Source of the DNA: a virus
Lineage: Duplodnaviria; Caudoviricetes
Length of the DNA stretch: 26,208 bases
IMG/VR virus record: IMGVR_UViG_3300032233_000832
Span: 1-26,208 of that record
Reading direction: 5' to 3' (one strand)
Position 1 is the stretch's first letter. Every line of letters begins with the position of its first letter. This document shows positions 1 through 9,826 of the stretch, in pieces. A program made the translations under genes and the position numbers. The notes below the pieces were generated by a model, which made no database searches, was not told the DNA's origin, and was given only the letters and a program-made list of their open reading frames with translations.

Positions 1-142
1 CTCCCCACAGACCTTGAGTTCCTTGTACTCCTTGGGTTCCTTGTATTCCCTGTAATCCTTGAGTACCTTGTGCTCCCCACAGACCTTGAGTTCCTTGTAC
101 TCCTTGGGTTCCTTGTATTCCCTGTAATCCTTGAGTACCTTG
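1..142. repeat. 72-bp tandem duplication within the collagen coding region
   Basis: ctccccacagaccttgagttccttgtactccttgggttccttgtattccctgtaatccttgagtaccttg starts at 1 and again at 73. A diverged third copy starts near 217. Confidence 0.9.
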
Positions 143-2032
143 AGTTCCTTGTAATCCTTGAGTACCTTGAGTTCCTTGTGTACCATCAACACCTTGAATT
201 CCTTGTGTACCTTGTGCTCCCCACAAACCTTGAGTTCCTTGTACTCCTTGGGTTCCTTGTATGCCTTGTGCTCCAGTATCACCAATATCACCAGTTCTAG
301 CAAAAGTAATTATTATATCTTCATTATTTGAAAATGAAGTAGAAATACCAGAGACAAAACTGATTGGAACCTGAAAATAAGTAGAGTTAAATGTATGACT
401 TCCTATAATTGAAAATAATGAATAATATGATGTATCTGATTTTTTTGTTATAGTAAAATGACCTTTAATACTGGAATTAGAATCATCAATAGTTTCCAAA
501 AAGTTATAATTTGATATTAAATTGTCATCATATTGGTTAATGTATAATTGTGTTGATATTCCAACTGTAGAATTATTTAATCTCAGCTTTCCTGTTCCTG
601 GGTCAGAATTTGTTGTTGTCTGATCAAATGTATAATCAAATGCCGCCCCACCAAATGAACCAGTTGCTCCCTGTAATCCAACTAATCCTTGAGTTCCTTG
701 AGTTCCTTGTAAACCTTGTTGTCCCTGAGTTCCTTGTACTCCTTGATTACTGAGACCTTGAGTTCCTTGAGTTCCCTGTAAACCTTGTTGGCCCTGAGTT
801 CCTTGTACTCCTTGATTACTAAGACCTTGAGTTCCCTGGGTACCTTGTACTCCTTGAGTTCCTTGAGTTCCCTGGGTACCTTGTACTCCTTGAGTTCCTT
901 GAGTTCCCTGGGTTCCTTGCGTTCCCTGTAATCCATATGGACCTTGAGTTCCTTGAGTTCCTTGAGTTCCATCTAGTCCTTGAGTACCTTGTAGACCCTG
1001 TACTCCCTGTGTTCCTTGTATACCTTGTGTTCCTTGTAATCCTTGTGATCCTTGCGTTCCTTGTAATCCTTGGAGTCCCTGAGATCCACCCAGACCCTGT
1101 AAGCCCTGCGTTCCTTGATGTCCTTGAGTACCTTGTAAACCTTGAAGTCCTTGAGTACCTTGTAAACCTTGGAGTCCTTGGGTACCTTGTAAACCCTGAA
1201 GTCCTTGAGTACCTTGTAAACCTTGGAGTCCTTGAGTACCTTGTAGACCTTGTAGTCCTTGAGTACCTTGTAAACCCTGAAGTCCTTGAGTACCTTGTAA
1301 ACCCTGAAGTCCTTGAGTACCTTGTAGGCCCTGAATTCCAATATCTCCAGTTCTAGTGAAACTAACTGAAAAGTATGTAGGTCCAGTTAATGAACCATTT
1401 AATGTTAATACTGATATTGGAAATTGAAAATAATTTGTATAGTTAGTATGATAATCTGTAAGTTGTACTATACAATTATTTGTTCCTTGTCCTTCTGCAG
1501 TAATTATAATATATCCTTTAATTGAAGAAGTTGAATTTGAAACTTGATCTAAAAATGAATATAAATTATTACCCTGAGAATCATATGAACTAATATAAAA
1601 ATAAGAAGAGCTTATAATATCAGAATTATTAAATTTTATATATCCCAATCCAGGATCTGTATTATTAGTATTAGATGTAAAATTATATCGAAATGTTGTC
1701 CCGCCAAAAATACCTATAATACCTTGAGTACCTTGTGTTCCCTGGAGTCCTTGTGTTCCTTGGGTTCCCTGAAGTCCTTGTGTGCCTTGAGTACCTTGCG
1801 TCCCTTGGAGTCCTTGTGTACCTTGAGTACCCTGTACTCCTTGGTTACTAAGACCTTGTGTTCCCTGTAATCCCTGTAATCCCTGTAATCCCTGAGTACC
1901 TTGTGTACCCTGAAGTCCTTGTGTACCTTGTGTACCTTGTGTACCCTGAGTTCCTTCTACACCTACTTTATAGGCTTTATCTCCAGATAGTCTTACTTGA
2001 TAGCTATTATCAGAAGATAAATTTACTTTCAT
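1..2032 (-). CDS. Collagen-like (Gly-X-Gln)n fibre protein with interspersed globular domains; 3' end lies outside the window
   Basis: Not in the ORF track. ATG at 2032 overlaps the TGA of the upstream gene (ATGA). Manual translation gives [42 protein letters not shown]..., and the frame stays open through both AT-rich domains to position 1. Confidence 0.92.
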   Translation of the reverse strand, partial: MKVNLSSDNSYQVRLSGDKAYKVGVEGTQGTQGTQGTQGLQGTQGTQGLQGLQGLQGTQGLSNQGVQGTQGTQGLQGTQGTQGTQGLQGTQGTQGLQGTQGTQGIIGIFGGTTFRYNFTSNTNNTDPGLGYIKFNNSDIISSSYFYISSYDSQGNNLYSFLDQVSNSTSSIKGYIIITAEGQGTNNCIVQLTDYHTNYTNYFQFPISVLTLNGSLTGPTYFSVSFTRTGDIGIQGLQGTQGLQGLQGTQGLQGLQGTQGLQGLQGTQGLQGLQGTQGLQGLQGTQGLQGLQGTQGLQGLQGTQGHQGTQGLQGLGGSQGLQGLQGTQGSQGLQGTQGIQGTQGVQGLQGTQGLDGTQGTQGTQGPYGLQGTQGTQGTQGTQGVQGTQGTQGTQGVQGTQGTQGLSNQGVQGTQGQQGLQGTQGTQGLSNQGVQGTQGQQGLQGTQGTQGLVGLQGATGSFGGAAFDYTFDQTTTNSDPGTGKLRLNNSTVGISTQLYINQYDDNLISNYNFLETIDDSNSSIKGHFTITKKSDTSYYSLFSIIGSHTFNSTYFQVPISFVSGISTSFSNNEDIIITFARTGDIGDTGAQGIQGTQGVQGTQGLWGAQGTQGIQGVDGTQGTQGTQGLQGTQGTQGLQGIQGTQGVQGTQGLWGAQGTQGLQGIQGTQGVQGTQGLWG
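1120..1335. repeat. 27-bp tandem coding repeat (GLQGLQGTQ units)
   Basis: About 8 near-identical copies of gtccttgagtaccttgtaaaccctgaa. Confidence 0.9.
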
Positions 2033-2358
2033 GATACGGTCTCGTCTACTATTATTGTTCCTTTAATTGCCTTAACTGGTTTCGATGACTTTGTTATCAA
2101 AACATCAAAATAATTTCTACCGGGAGTAAGCGTTGCAGTTACTTCCGGTGCCATTGTTAATGTAATTGTAGAAGTCGATGTATCAATAGATGTAGTAAAT
2201 GAAGCGTAGATGGGAGAACTTGGATATTTTCTTATTTTTGCGGTACTAGTAGCTCCAGTCAATGGTGCATTTGTGCCATCATCGTTTGTTATGTCAAAAG
2301 TGACTTCAAAATAAGTTGATTTACTTATTATTAGATCTGAAATCTCAGCGACTGACAT
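2029..2358 (-). CDS. Small virion structural protein, probably a fibre attachment/collar-type Ig-like domain
   Basis: 109 aa with the pattern FEVTFDI..LTG.T.TAKIRK..S....F......TITLTM....TA.L..GRNYFDVLI.......IKGTIIV...VS, common upstream of phage fibre genes. Translationally coupled to the collagen gene. Confidence 0.6.
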   Translation of the reverse strand: MSVAEISDLIISKSTYFEVTFDITNDDGTNAPLTGATSTAKIRKYPSSPIYASFTTSIDTSTSTITLTMAPEVTATLTPGRNYFDVLITKSSKPVKAIKGTIIVDETVS

Positions 2359-2845
2359 CTTATTATTGCTTTTATTTATTTATTTATTTATTATGTCAAT
2401 TCGTTACCATATATTACAAAAGAATTCACATCATAACATAATACAGTTGCTATACCTCTCTGGGCTAATGTTCTGTTTCCTGTTGTTGCCGTACCAGCAA
2501 GATACATAGTAATTCCAGATGAAGTTATAGTCTGAGCAGATGCAGAGTTATTAAAAATTACTATATTATCACCAATATTAAATACGTTAGCTGGAACAGT
2601 TACTCCACCTGTGGTGATAGAAATATGTTTTCCAGAATCTGATGCGGTTAAAATATAAGAAGATGTTTTACTATTTTGTGGAATAGATCTTAAATTACCA
2701 TATGAATCAGATGCAATGCCAGAAACACTTACATTTCCAGATCCATTAAGAATAAATTTATTATTTCCACCTGAATCATAAATCGAAAATGATTGTGTAT
2801 AAGTTACACTAGTAATTCCAGCAATACTATTTGGGGTTATAGCAA
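2323..2845. repeat. Direct repeat copy 1 (~520 bp, imperfect)
   Basis: Exact shared blocks with copy 2: 2323-2350 = 3876-3903 (28 bp), 2661-2712 = 4209-4260 (52 bp), 2753-2795 = 4301-4343 (43 bp). Confidence 0.93.
2371..2390 (-). promoter_or_regulatory. T4-type late promoter motif(s) ATAAATA within a (TAAA)5 run
   Basis: The plus strand reads (ttta)5, just upstream of the ATG at 2358. Confidence 0.6.
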
Positions 2846-3911
2846 TATTTGGAATAAACCAACTTATCAGAATCCTCCCATTTCCTGTGCGATATCCAGA
2901 ACTTAATGTTACCAATTCTTGTAACGAAAAGGGATCAATATATCCAGATCCTCCTCCGCCACCGCCCGCAGCACCATAATTGCTTCCTGAACCTCCACCA
3001 CCTCCACCATAATATCCACCACCTCCACCACCAGCACGGCCACCATTATCACCAAACTGTGCAAATCTTGCGCCAGTTCCGCCAATACCAATCAATCCAT
3101 CTTTTCCATAACAAGAAGGACCAGCAGCAGATATCCCACCAAGTCCAGGACCAGAAATTGTTGCACCTCGACCTCTCAGTGAAGGTAACCAAGGTCCGGC
3201 TATGTAATATCCACCATCAACACCATTTTCACCACCACCATCCCCACCAGGAACACCACCAGGAACACCACCACCACCGCCACCTGCAACAATAATTCTA
3301 CTACTTAAATTACCGGCAATTCTACGAATATCGCTTGCTCCTCCACCACTTGCACCTCTAGTATATGCTGTTTGTCCTATAGCACAACCATAAGCATCAC
3401 TTCTTCCTCCACCATCTCCCCCACCATTAAATCCACCCAATCGATAATCAGGTGCTACTGAAGTACATGCTACAGATACACCGTTTTTTCCAACACCTCC
3501 ACAATAAAAAACTAAATTTTCACCAGGATTTACTAAAATATAGGATTTTGATCTTCCTCCCAATCCTCCAGAATCTCCACCAGAAGCACCTTGAACATCT
3601 GCAAATAAATATCTTACTGTATTGGGAACAGTCCAGCTTTGTTCTGCGTCAACATAATCAAATATTTTTACATGTATTGAAGAAGTAGCAACCAAATTAT
3701 TATTTTGATATGCTTCTACAGAAACAATTCTTGATGATCCTGGAGATACAGTAAGAACACCAACACTAGTAGATGTAGTAACAATACCAACTATACCATC
3801 TACTTTAACTTTGTATTGATCTGCTCCAGAATAAAAATCATTCCAAGATACTGTAGTCAAATCATTGGCATTTAAACTTATTATTAGATCTGAAATCTCA
3901 GCGGCTGGCAT
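2391..3911 (-). CDS. Glycine-rich-domain virion protein (putative adhesin/fibre tip), chimeric
   Basis: 506 aa: an N-terminal beta-rich (FN3-like) segment, a central Gly-rich domain (GASGG..GGLGG, GGFNGGG, SGGGASDIR..RIIVAGGGGG, GGGGGGYYGGGGG, GGGGGSGY, GNGRILI) of ALK/LTK Gly_rich type, and a C-terminal ~150 aa paralogous to 3939-4403. Confidence 0.8.
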   Translation of the reverse strand: MPAAEISDLIISLNANDLTTVSWNDFYSGADQYKVKVDGIVGIVTTSTSVGVLTVSPGSSRIVSVEAYQNNNLVATSSIHVKIFDYVDAEQSWTVPNTVRYLFADVQGASGGDSGGLGGRSKSYILVNPGENLVFYCGGVGKNGVSVACTSVAPDYRLGGFNGGGDGGGRSDAYGCAIGQTAYTRGASGGGASDIRRIAGNLSSRIIVAGGGGGGVPGGVPGGDGGGENGVDGGYYIAGPWLPSLRGRGATISGPGLGGISAAGPSCYGKDGLIGIGGTGARFAQFGDNGGRAGGGGGGYYGGGGGGSGSNYGAAGGGGGGSGYIDPFSLQELVTLSSGYRTGNGRILISWFIPNIAITPNSIAGITSVTYTQSFSIYDSGGNNKFILNGSGNVSVSGIASDSYGNLRSIPQNSKTSSYILTASDSGKHISITTGGVTVPANVFNIGDNIVIFNNSASAQTITSSGITMYLAGTATTGNRTLAQRGIATVLCYDVNSFVIYGNELT

Positions 3912-4400
3912 ATTATTATTATTATTATTACTTATTTATTATGTCAATCCATTACCGTATATTACAAAAGAATTGACACCATAGCACAATACAGTTGCTA
4001 CACCTCTCTGGGCTAATGTTCTGTTTCCTGTTGTTGCAGTACCAGAGAGATATATTGTAACACCAGAAGAAGTTATTGTTTGGGAAGATGCAGAATTATT
4101 AAAAATTACTACAAATTCACCTGGATTGAATACATTAGCCGGAACAGTTACTCCTCCAGTTGTAATCGAAACGTGTTTTCCAGTATCGGTTGCGATTAAT
4201 GTATAACTAGATGTTTTACTATTTTGTGGAATAGATCTTAAATTACCATATGAATCAGATACAATACCAGAAATGATAATATTTCCAGATGTATCAATAT
4301 TAAATTTATTATTTCCACCTGAATCATAAATCGAAAATGATTGAGATGGTTGATAAGATATACTAGTAATTCCAGAAATACTACTTGGGGTTATAATTGT
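3876..4400. repeat. Direct repeat copy 2 (~520 bp, imperfect)
   Basis: Offset 1548-1553 bp from copy 1, with the shared exact blocks listed there. Confidence 0.93.
3933..3940 (-). promoter_or_regulatory. Late promoter motif AATAAATA
   Basis: tatttatt on the plus strand, ~21 nt upstream of the ATG at 3911. Confidence 0.6.
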
Positions 4401-4403
4401 CAT
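3939..4403 (-). CDS. Tail-fibre-associated small beta-rich structural protein
   Basis: 154 aa with IPQNSKTSSYTL.A.D.GKH....TGGVTVPANVF..G....I.NNS.S.QTIT..GVT.YL.GT..TGNRTLAQRG.AT.L......F.I.G.GLT, a common phage fibre C-terminal domain. Starts 1 nt after the stop of the 1769-aa gene. Confidence 0.75.
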   Translation of the reverse strand: MTIITPSSISGITSISYQPSQSFSIYDSGGNNKFNIDTSGNIIISGIVSDSYGNLRSIPQNSKTSSYTLIATDTGKHVSITTGGVTVPANVFNPGEFVVIFNNSASSQTITSSGVTIYLSGTATTGNRTLAQRGVATVLCYGVNSFVIYGNGLT

Positions 4404-4404
4404 T

Positions 4405-7400
4405 TTATACTACTACAAAGTTTCCGTTAACTGTAATGCTTCCATTTATTGTTACTGGACCGGCAATCATGGCATTAAATGCGGTACCAATATTAAAGCT
4501 TCCGTTCAATTGGTTATCTGTTACGATAAGACCATTAGAAATATAAAGACCATTAAACGAATTTCCAACACCAACTAAAGAAGGATTACTAATACTATTA
4601 GTATTTATTCCAACACTTCCTTGTACAATTGTATTTCCAGCAACTTGGAGTTTTTCTTGTGCTAAAGTTGTTCCAATTCCAACCTTTCCAGTTATATTTG
4701 CATTTCCTCCAATACTAACTGTTTTTGCTATGCCAACTCCACCTTTGATTACGACAGATCCAGTATTAATATCAACAGAATTTGTTGTATCATAGAATGT
4801 TGTAATTCCAGCAACAGCATCAAAATTAAATATACCAGTAAAACTTCCATTAAAGTTTCCAGTAAAATTACCATCATAATATCCAGATTGACTTTCAATT
4901 AATCCAAATTTTCTCCAGGTGTTATTTGTGGTATATACCCAACCAATATTGCTACTGGGAGATGGATAACCATTATATGTCACATCACCAACGCCACTAA
5001 TTGTAGTTGGAGTTGCAATTCCTACGCTATATTTACGAGAAACAGATAAATCACCTTGAATGTAAATTGATTTTGCTTCAAATCCTTTATCTGAATTTGA
5101 TATTACTTTATTGTTGAGTATAACTGGACCATCAAATTGAGAGATAATATCGGAGTTTTCTCCACCTTTAACCCTAATGGATCGATCTACTGTAACTTCA
5201 AATGGAGTTAATATATTAAGTCCAACTTCATTTGTAATATCTTTGCTTTCTCCTTTGTATGTTGGAATTGGAGTATTATAAATTTCTTCTTTTCCTTGAG
5301 CAGAATTTACGACTCTGTTTCCAGTATAAAAATCACCACGATCATTCATCGCAGCAAATACCGCAATTCCACCATCAATCATTGTAGATTGAGCTAACAA
5401 TACTTCTTGATCGGATAACTTTCTATCTTGTCTTTCTGGTAGAGCAGTAGAGTAGTTTCCTGGACCAAAGCCAACATATTCGAATGTATGTGAAGATGCA
5501 CGTATAATAGAATTTCTTCTAAACTCAACTGCCTTGGTTGATATTTTTCTTACGACAGAACCAGAAACATGAACATCTTGTTTTGTTGCAAGAGCACCAC
5601 GAAGAACTGGAAGTGGATTCGCAATAGTATTGGAAGAGATTCTCATTACTTCCTGATCAATCTGAATATAGTCTCCAATTTTAAAATCAAAGTTTGCTAT
5701 ATTCTGAATGTTTATATTAACATCACTTACTCCGATTTGTGCAGAAGTAATTGTTGTTATACCAGCGTAGATGTAATGTTGTCTCCCACCTATATTCTGA
5801 TCGGTGCTAGTAGTGTTTCCGTTATTTGCATCAAATCCAGTTGGATTAAGAATTAAAGTTCCGCTGGAAGGTGGGCTATATGTACCAATACCAATGTTTA
5901 ATTCAAGTGAGGTTAATCCAGTTACTTTAGATACTTCAAAGTTTCCATTATAGAGAGAAACATTTGATCCACTAACTCTGACAACTTTTCCTATTTGGAA
6001 ACCATGAGCATCAGAAGTAGATACAACTGCCTTTCCTGTAGATGCGGTATAAGTAAAGGAAGAAACAGGAACACTCTTACCTGTCAATACAGCAAAAGAA
6101 GATGCAGTTGCCGTACTTCCAATTCCAGTAGTGGATGCAGAAAGAATAGTAGAAACTGAATCTGCTATAAATTCTCTGGACTTACCATTTGAAATAGTTT
6201 TAATTTTGTATAATTGATTATAATCAGAAACATTTTGGCCAGTGATTCCATTTATGCTAATTACATCATTAACATTATTATAAATTGAATTTACAGTAAT
6301 ATAACCTGGAACCCAACCAGCTACGGTTGGAATACCAACAATAGATAATGTATTTCCAATTCCATATCCACTTCCTCCACTCATCAATTTAATTGATTGA
6401 ATTACACCAGAAGTATTCACAGAAACATATGCTGTTGCATTTTCTCCTACGGTAGATGTTCCAATACCAACTAATTTTGCATTATAAAATTCACCACCAA
6501 CTCCTGCTGTTCTTCCATAATTGGAACCAGCATTGGTTAATGTAAATGTAACAATTCTATTCAGACCATGATCAATACTTGTGTATATTGTATGTGATGT
6601 ACCAACAGCAGAATTTGATATAATATTTGTTATGCCAATACCAATAGAAGAATCGGAAACCCAATCAAATAGGCTTTCTTTTGTTACGCTCTTTTCTAAA
6701 TCATTGATTACTACTTTACCAATATCATCAGAAACAGCATATGATTTAGATGCACCAAAATTGGATGTTGGATTGTCACGATCTTGTTGTGGATATAAAT
6801 CCACAATTGGCTGAGTGAAACTATACTGATTATATGGATCTACTGTTGGTGCATTACTACATGTTACGACCAATAGATTATAAACACCATCACTTATATC
6901 TTTAATATATTTTTGTACTTCAATTGAACGATATATTTTATAAGTATCTTTATATCTTTTTCTAATAAAATATGGAAGAGTATTATTTCGAATTTCAGTT
7001 ATATTAGTAAATGTACCTGGGTTGGATGCTAGTGCATATTGAAATGTTATCGAATTAATGACTCTTGTTACAACAAATGTTCCATTATAGCCAAGATTAT
7101 CAAGAGCAGTTAAATTATTTGTACTCTTAACATTTTTAATTTGTACTGTATCATTAACACATAAATCATGCTTAAGTTCTGATCTTATAGTTACAGTACC
7201 AGAAGAATAAGTAGCTTCAGCAATTAGACGAAGATTTTTTAATTCTGATGAATTTGATAAATTTTTTGTTGTAAAACTAAACTGTTTCTCCAATTCAGAT
7301 TGTTCTGCAATTGAAGATGAACTTTCTTGAATAATAAATCCTTCTTCTGGTGCTCTTGCGAGTATATCAGCATCCTTTGGTATTACATATCTGATTCTAT

Positions 7401-9714
7401 ACAGAGTATCCAATATAGAACGAGAATCGGATGTTCTCTTAATATATGTTCTGGATGTATTTGCATCTGAAATTGAATTAAATATTGCTCTCAGTGAACT
7501 ACCGGATTGTACTGTAATATACCATTGTCCGTTTGTGGAATCATATTGTATTGGGTGTCCAATTTCTCCAGAAATTTTATCGGAAACAGAACTGATTACA
7601 GTTAAATTAGAAGTTTCAATACTATAGATACTGATTGGTAGATTTGAAATATAATCGTTATAAGTTGCAGCTAATTTAATTTGATTTGCACTTAATCCTT
7701 GGGTGATGACATAGTATAAAGTATTTGTTTCAATTCCAGTTGGCAACTGGCCATCATCACTGAATACTTTTATTGATTCGCCAGCTAAAAATGTATGATT
7801 TTCAGTTAGTGTAATGATATTATTTTGAATATCATTTGTGATTGCATTGGAATCTTTTTTTACTTTGTGTGATTTTTGCTTAGAAGTTGTTCCACCGCTC
7901 ATTATTATATTGGCGGAATATTCACTCAAAACTCCATTATATGAAATTAAACAATTTAAAGTATCATTTTCTTTTGCTCCAATTCTATATCCATTAAGTA
8001 CAGATTCTGGTAAAACATCTGCACTTGTTCTAGCCAATAGATATAGACGATTTGCATTATTTACTGCCAGGGTTTTTGTAATATCAATTGGATCAAATTC
8101 TGTAGTTGTATCGGAACCCTGTATAATTCTTGGTGGTACTATATGAGTAATGTAACCAAGATTATCTTTATTGAAAGCTACATTTTTAAATCCACGAGAG
8201 ACTAATGATTTTGCACCAAAGTTTGAGTTTGAGTTTGTGATGGACATATCTCCACCAGACTCACATAAGAAGTGATTTGAAAAACCGATCGAGAAAATGG
8301 ACACACACTGTATAAATGCGTCATTACTTGCTTTAATGTGTGTGCTTTCGTATGCTGGTTTATACTTTGATTTGGAATCAGATGAAAGGTTTGTAACTAC
8401 AGTCAGATCCTCATATGTTCCAGTTTGACTATTGTAGCGAACAAATGCATTATTATCTTTTTGTAGTCCAATGCCTGTAAATTGAGCGACAACCATGGAT
8501 TTAAATCCTGTTGCCTTACTACCATCTGCATGTAGTCCGCACATTCCATATACGGAACGTAGGCTACAGTTGAATACGTATGGTGACGCAGAGGTAACTG
8601 AATCAACTACAATACTCAATACTCCAGTGGATCCTCCATTTGCAGTGGATGGAATAGTTGGAGATTGATATTTAATTGTGGTTGAATTAACAACTTCTGA
8701 TACAATATATTGACCATTGTAACCAGAAACAGAAACACCATTAATTCTTATTTGAGTGTCAACTTGAAGATCTTCTATTTCTCTATCATAAGATACTGTG
8801 ATTACATTAGTAGCAGTAACTCCATCCCCAGCAATGATAGATGTAATTGAAACTTCTTCTCCTCTGGAAGCAACAATTTGATATTCCCCAATCTTAGTTT
8901 CAATATCAACGCCAGATGATGGATAATGTGGAATAATTACTCTTCCACTGGAATCACCATACACCACACTCATTTTTTTGTAGTACATATCCAGGTCGGT
9001 ATATGTGCTACTAAATGTCAAGAAATCATCATCAATTTCTACTGAATTTACTCCATCTGCATATTCAAATACAGTAAGTTTGTGATGAGAAAAATTAGGA
9101 GTAGATTGAGTGGTTGTATAATCTTTATATGCAACTCCATTTGGATCCGCATCAAATATAGTAAATTGCCAGAAATAACATCCACCAGTAACTCTAAATA
9201 CTGCGGATTTTTCAATATTATCATTTGTTGGGTCGGGAACAAACAAAGGAATAACCTTAGTTTTTCTAAGGTCCATACCAACAATAGAAGTACCTCTAGG
9301 TACTATTACGCCACCATGAACTGAATTTAATTTGAATAACTCATTACTGGATGAGTTAATATCAAAATTAGATTGCTCAGTAAATCCAGTAATTCCGTTT
9401 GGAACAGTTGGGCCACCACCTCTTTTTATATAATTTGATGTAGTTCCATCAATCAAATATCCAGGTCTATTATCAATATAGTGAGTGGATGGATATAGGA
9501 ATATTGTGGTTTCGTTAAATGTATCGTTATCTTTTCCAGGTCTATATGAATATCTAGCTGATTCGATTAACGCTCTTTGGATCGTTTTAAATGGTCTAGT
9601 TGCACTTGTACCAGTATTTGAAATGGAATCAGTTGAATCAAGAGAATCTGGATTCACATGTATGACTGTTCCACGTATTGATTGCAAGAAATTTTCCAGT
9701 CTTGATAGAGCCAT
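4405..9714 (-). CDS. Large virion structural protein (tail fibre/baseplate-associated; N-terminal beta-helix-like region)
   Basis: 1769 aa. The N-terminus MALSRLENFL...VNP..LD.TDS..N.G.S..RPFKTIQRALIE.AR.SY is characteristic of T4-like cyanophage structural proteins. Ser/Thr/Gly-rich with a fibre-like C-terminus (GKVGIGT, NAMIAGPVTI). Confidence 0.8.
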   Translation of the reverse strand: MALSRLENFLQSIRGTVIHVNPDSLDSTDSISNTGTSATRPFKTIQRALIESARYSYRPGKDNDTFNETTIFLYPSTHYIDNRPGYLIDGTTSNYIKRGGGPTVPNGITGFTEQSNFDINSSSNELFKLNSVHGGVIVPRGTSIVGMDLRKTKVIPLFVPDPTNDNIEKSAVFRVTGGCYFWQFTIFDADPNGVAYKDYTTTQSTPNFSHHKLTVFEYADGVNSVEIDDDFLTFSSTYTDLDMYYKKMSVVYGDSSGRVIIPHYPSSGVDIETKIGEYQIVASRGEEVSITSIIAGDGVTATNVITVSYDREIEDLQVDTQIRINGVSVSGYNGQYIVSEVVNSTTIKYQSPTIPSTANGGSTGVLSIVVDSVTSASPYVFNCSLRSVYGMCGLHADGSKATGFKSMVVAQFTGIGLQKDNNAFVRYNSQTGTYEDLTVVTNLSSDSKSKYKPAYESTHIKASNDAFIQCVSIFSIGFSNHFLCESGGDMSITNSNSNFGAKSLVSRGFKNVAFNKDNLGYITHIVPPRIIQGSDTTTEFDPIDITKTLAVNNANRLYLLARTSADVLPESVLNGYRIGAKENDTLNCLISYNGVLSEYSANIIMSGGTTSKQKSHKVKKDSNAITNDIQNNIITLTENHTFLAGESIKVFSDDGQLPTGIETNTLYYVITQGLSANQIKLAATYNDYISNLPISIYSIETSNLTVISSVSDKISGEIGHPIQYDSTNGQWYITVQSGSSLRAIFNSISDANTSRTYIKRTSDSRSILDTLYRIRYVIPKDADILARAPEEGFIIQESSSSIAEQSELEKQFSFTTKNLSNSSELKNLRLIAEATYSSGTVTIRSELKHDLCVNDTVQIKNVKSTNNLTALDNLGYNGTFVVTRVINSITFQYALASNPGTFTNITEIRNNTLPYFIRKRYKDTYKIYRSIEVQKYIKDISDGVYNLLVVTCSNAPTVDPYNQYSFTQPIVDLYPQQDRDNPTSNFGASKSYAVSDDIGKVVINDLEKSVTKESLFDWVSDSSIGIGITNIISNSAVGTSHTIYTSIDHGLNRIVTFTLTNAGSNYGRTAGVGGEFYNAKLVGIGTSTVGENATAYVSVNTSGVIQSIKLMSGGSGYGIGNTLSIVGIPTVAGWVPGYITVNSIYNNVNDVISINGITGQNVSDYNQLYKIKTISNGKSREFIADSVSTILSASTTGIGSTATASSFAVLTGKSVPVSSFTYTASTGKAVVSTSDAHGFQIGKVVRVSGSNVSLYNGNFEVSKVTGLTSLELNIGIGTYSPPSSGTLILNPTGFDANNGNTTSTDQNIGGRQHYIYAGITTITSAQIGVSDVNINIQNIANFDFKIGDYIQIDQEVMRISSNTIANPLPVLRGALATKQDVHVSGSVVRKISTKAVEFRRNSIIRASSHTFEYVGFGPGNYSTALPERQDRKLSDQEVLLAQSTMIDGGIAVFAAMNDRGDFYTGNRVVNSAQGKEEIYNTPIPTYKGESKDITNEVGLNILTPFEVTVDRSIRVKGGENSDIISQFDGPVILNNKVISNSDKGFEAKSIYIQGDLSVSRKYSVGIATPTTISGVGDVTYNGYPSPSSNIGWVYTTNNTWRKFGLIESQSGYYDGNFTGNFNGSFTGIFNFDAVAGITTFYDTTNSVDINTGSVVIKGGVGIAKTVSIGGNANITGKVGIGTTLAQEKLQVAGNTIVQGSVGINTNSISNPSLVGVGNSFNGLYISNGLIVTDNQLNGSFNIGTAFNAMIAGPVTINGSITVNGNFVVV

Positions 9715-9742
9715 CTTATTACTTTATAAGTTCCTTATGTTT

Positions 9743-9749
9743 TATTTAG
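9743..9749 (-). promoter_or_regulatory. Late promoter variant CTAAATA
   Basis: tatttag on the plus strand, 28 nt upstream of the ATG at 9714 and downstream of the porin terminator. Confidence 0.55.
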
Positions 9750-9775
9750 CATAAGAAATTATAGTATATTAATAT

Positions 9776-9801
9776 AAAAAAAGCACCCCATAAAGGGGTG
9801 C
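9776..9801 (-). terminator. Rho-independent terminator of the porin gene
   Basis: Minus strand GCACCCC-TTTAT-GGGGTGC followed by T7, ~25 nt after the porin stop. Confidence 0.9.
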
Positions 9802-9826
9802 CTCCACTCAACTTATGAGTAGTCTA

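Noticed and set aside
70-1356. ORF-track entries 70-300(+), 682-972(-), 937-1356(+) and 973-1341(-) with LEYLV/YKVLKD repeats
   Set aside because: They are alternative-frame shadows of the 9-bp-periodic collagen gene, whose true frame is open from 2032 to the window edge.
1-1950. Possible CRISPR array or non-coding satellite
   Set aside because: The repeats are 9/27/72-bp multiples of three with no unique spacers, and they encode Gly-X-Gln.
2906-3295. His-rich 129-aa plus-strand ORF (metal-binding peptide?)
   Set aside because: It is the antisense shadow of GGT/GGA glycine runs in the 506-aa gene.
2391-4403. Diversity-generating retroelement TR/VR pair
   Set aside because: Mismatches between the copies involve all bases and are largely synonymous, not adenine-specific. 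Both copies are coding, and there is no reverse transcriptase in the window.
9806-9820. Small hairpin ACTCA-actta-TGAGT after the porin stop
   Set aside because: A weak 5-bp stem with no U tract; the adjacent GC-rich hairpin explains termination.
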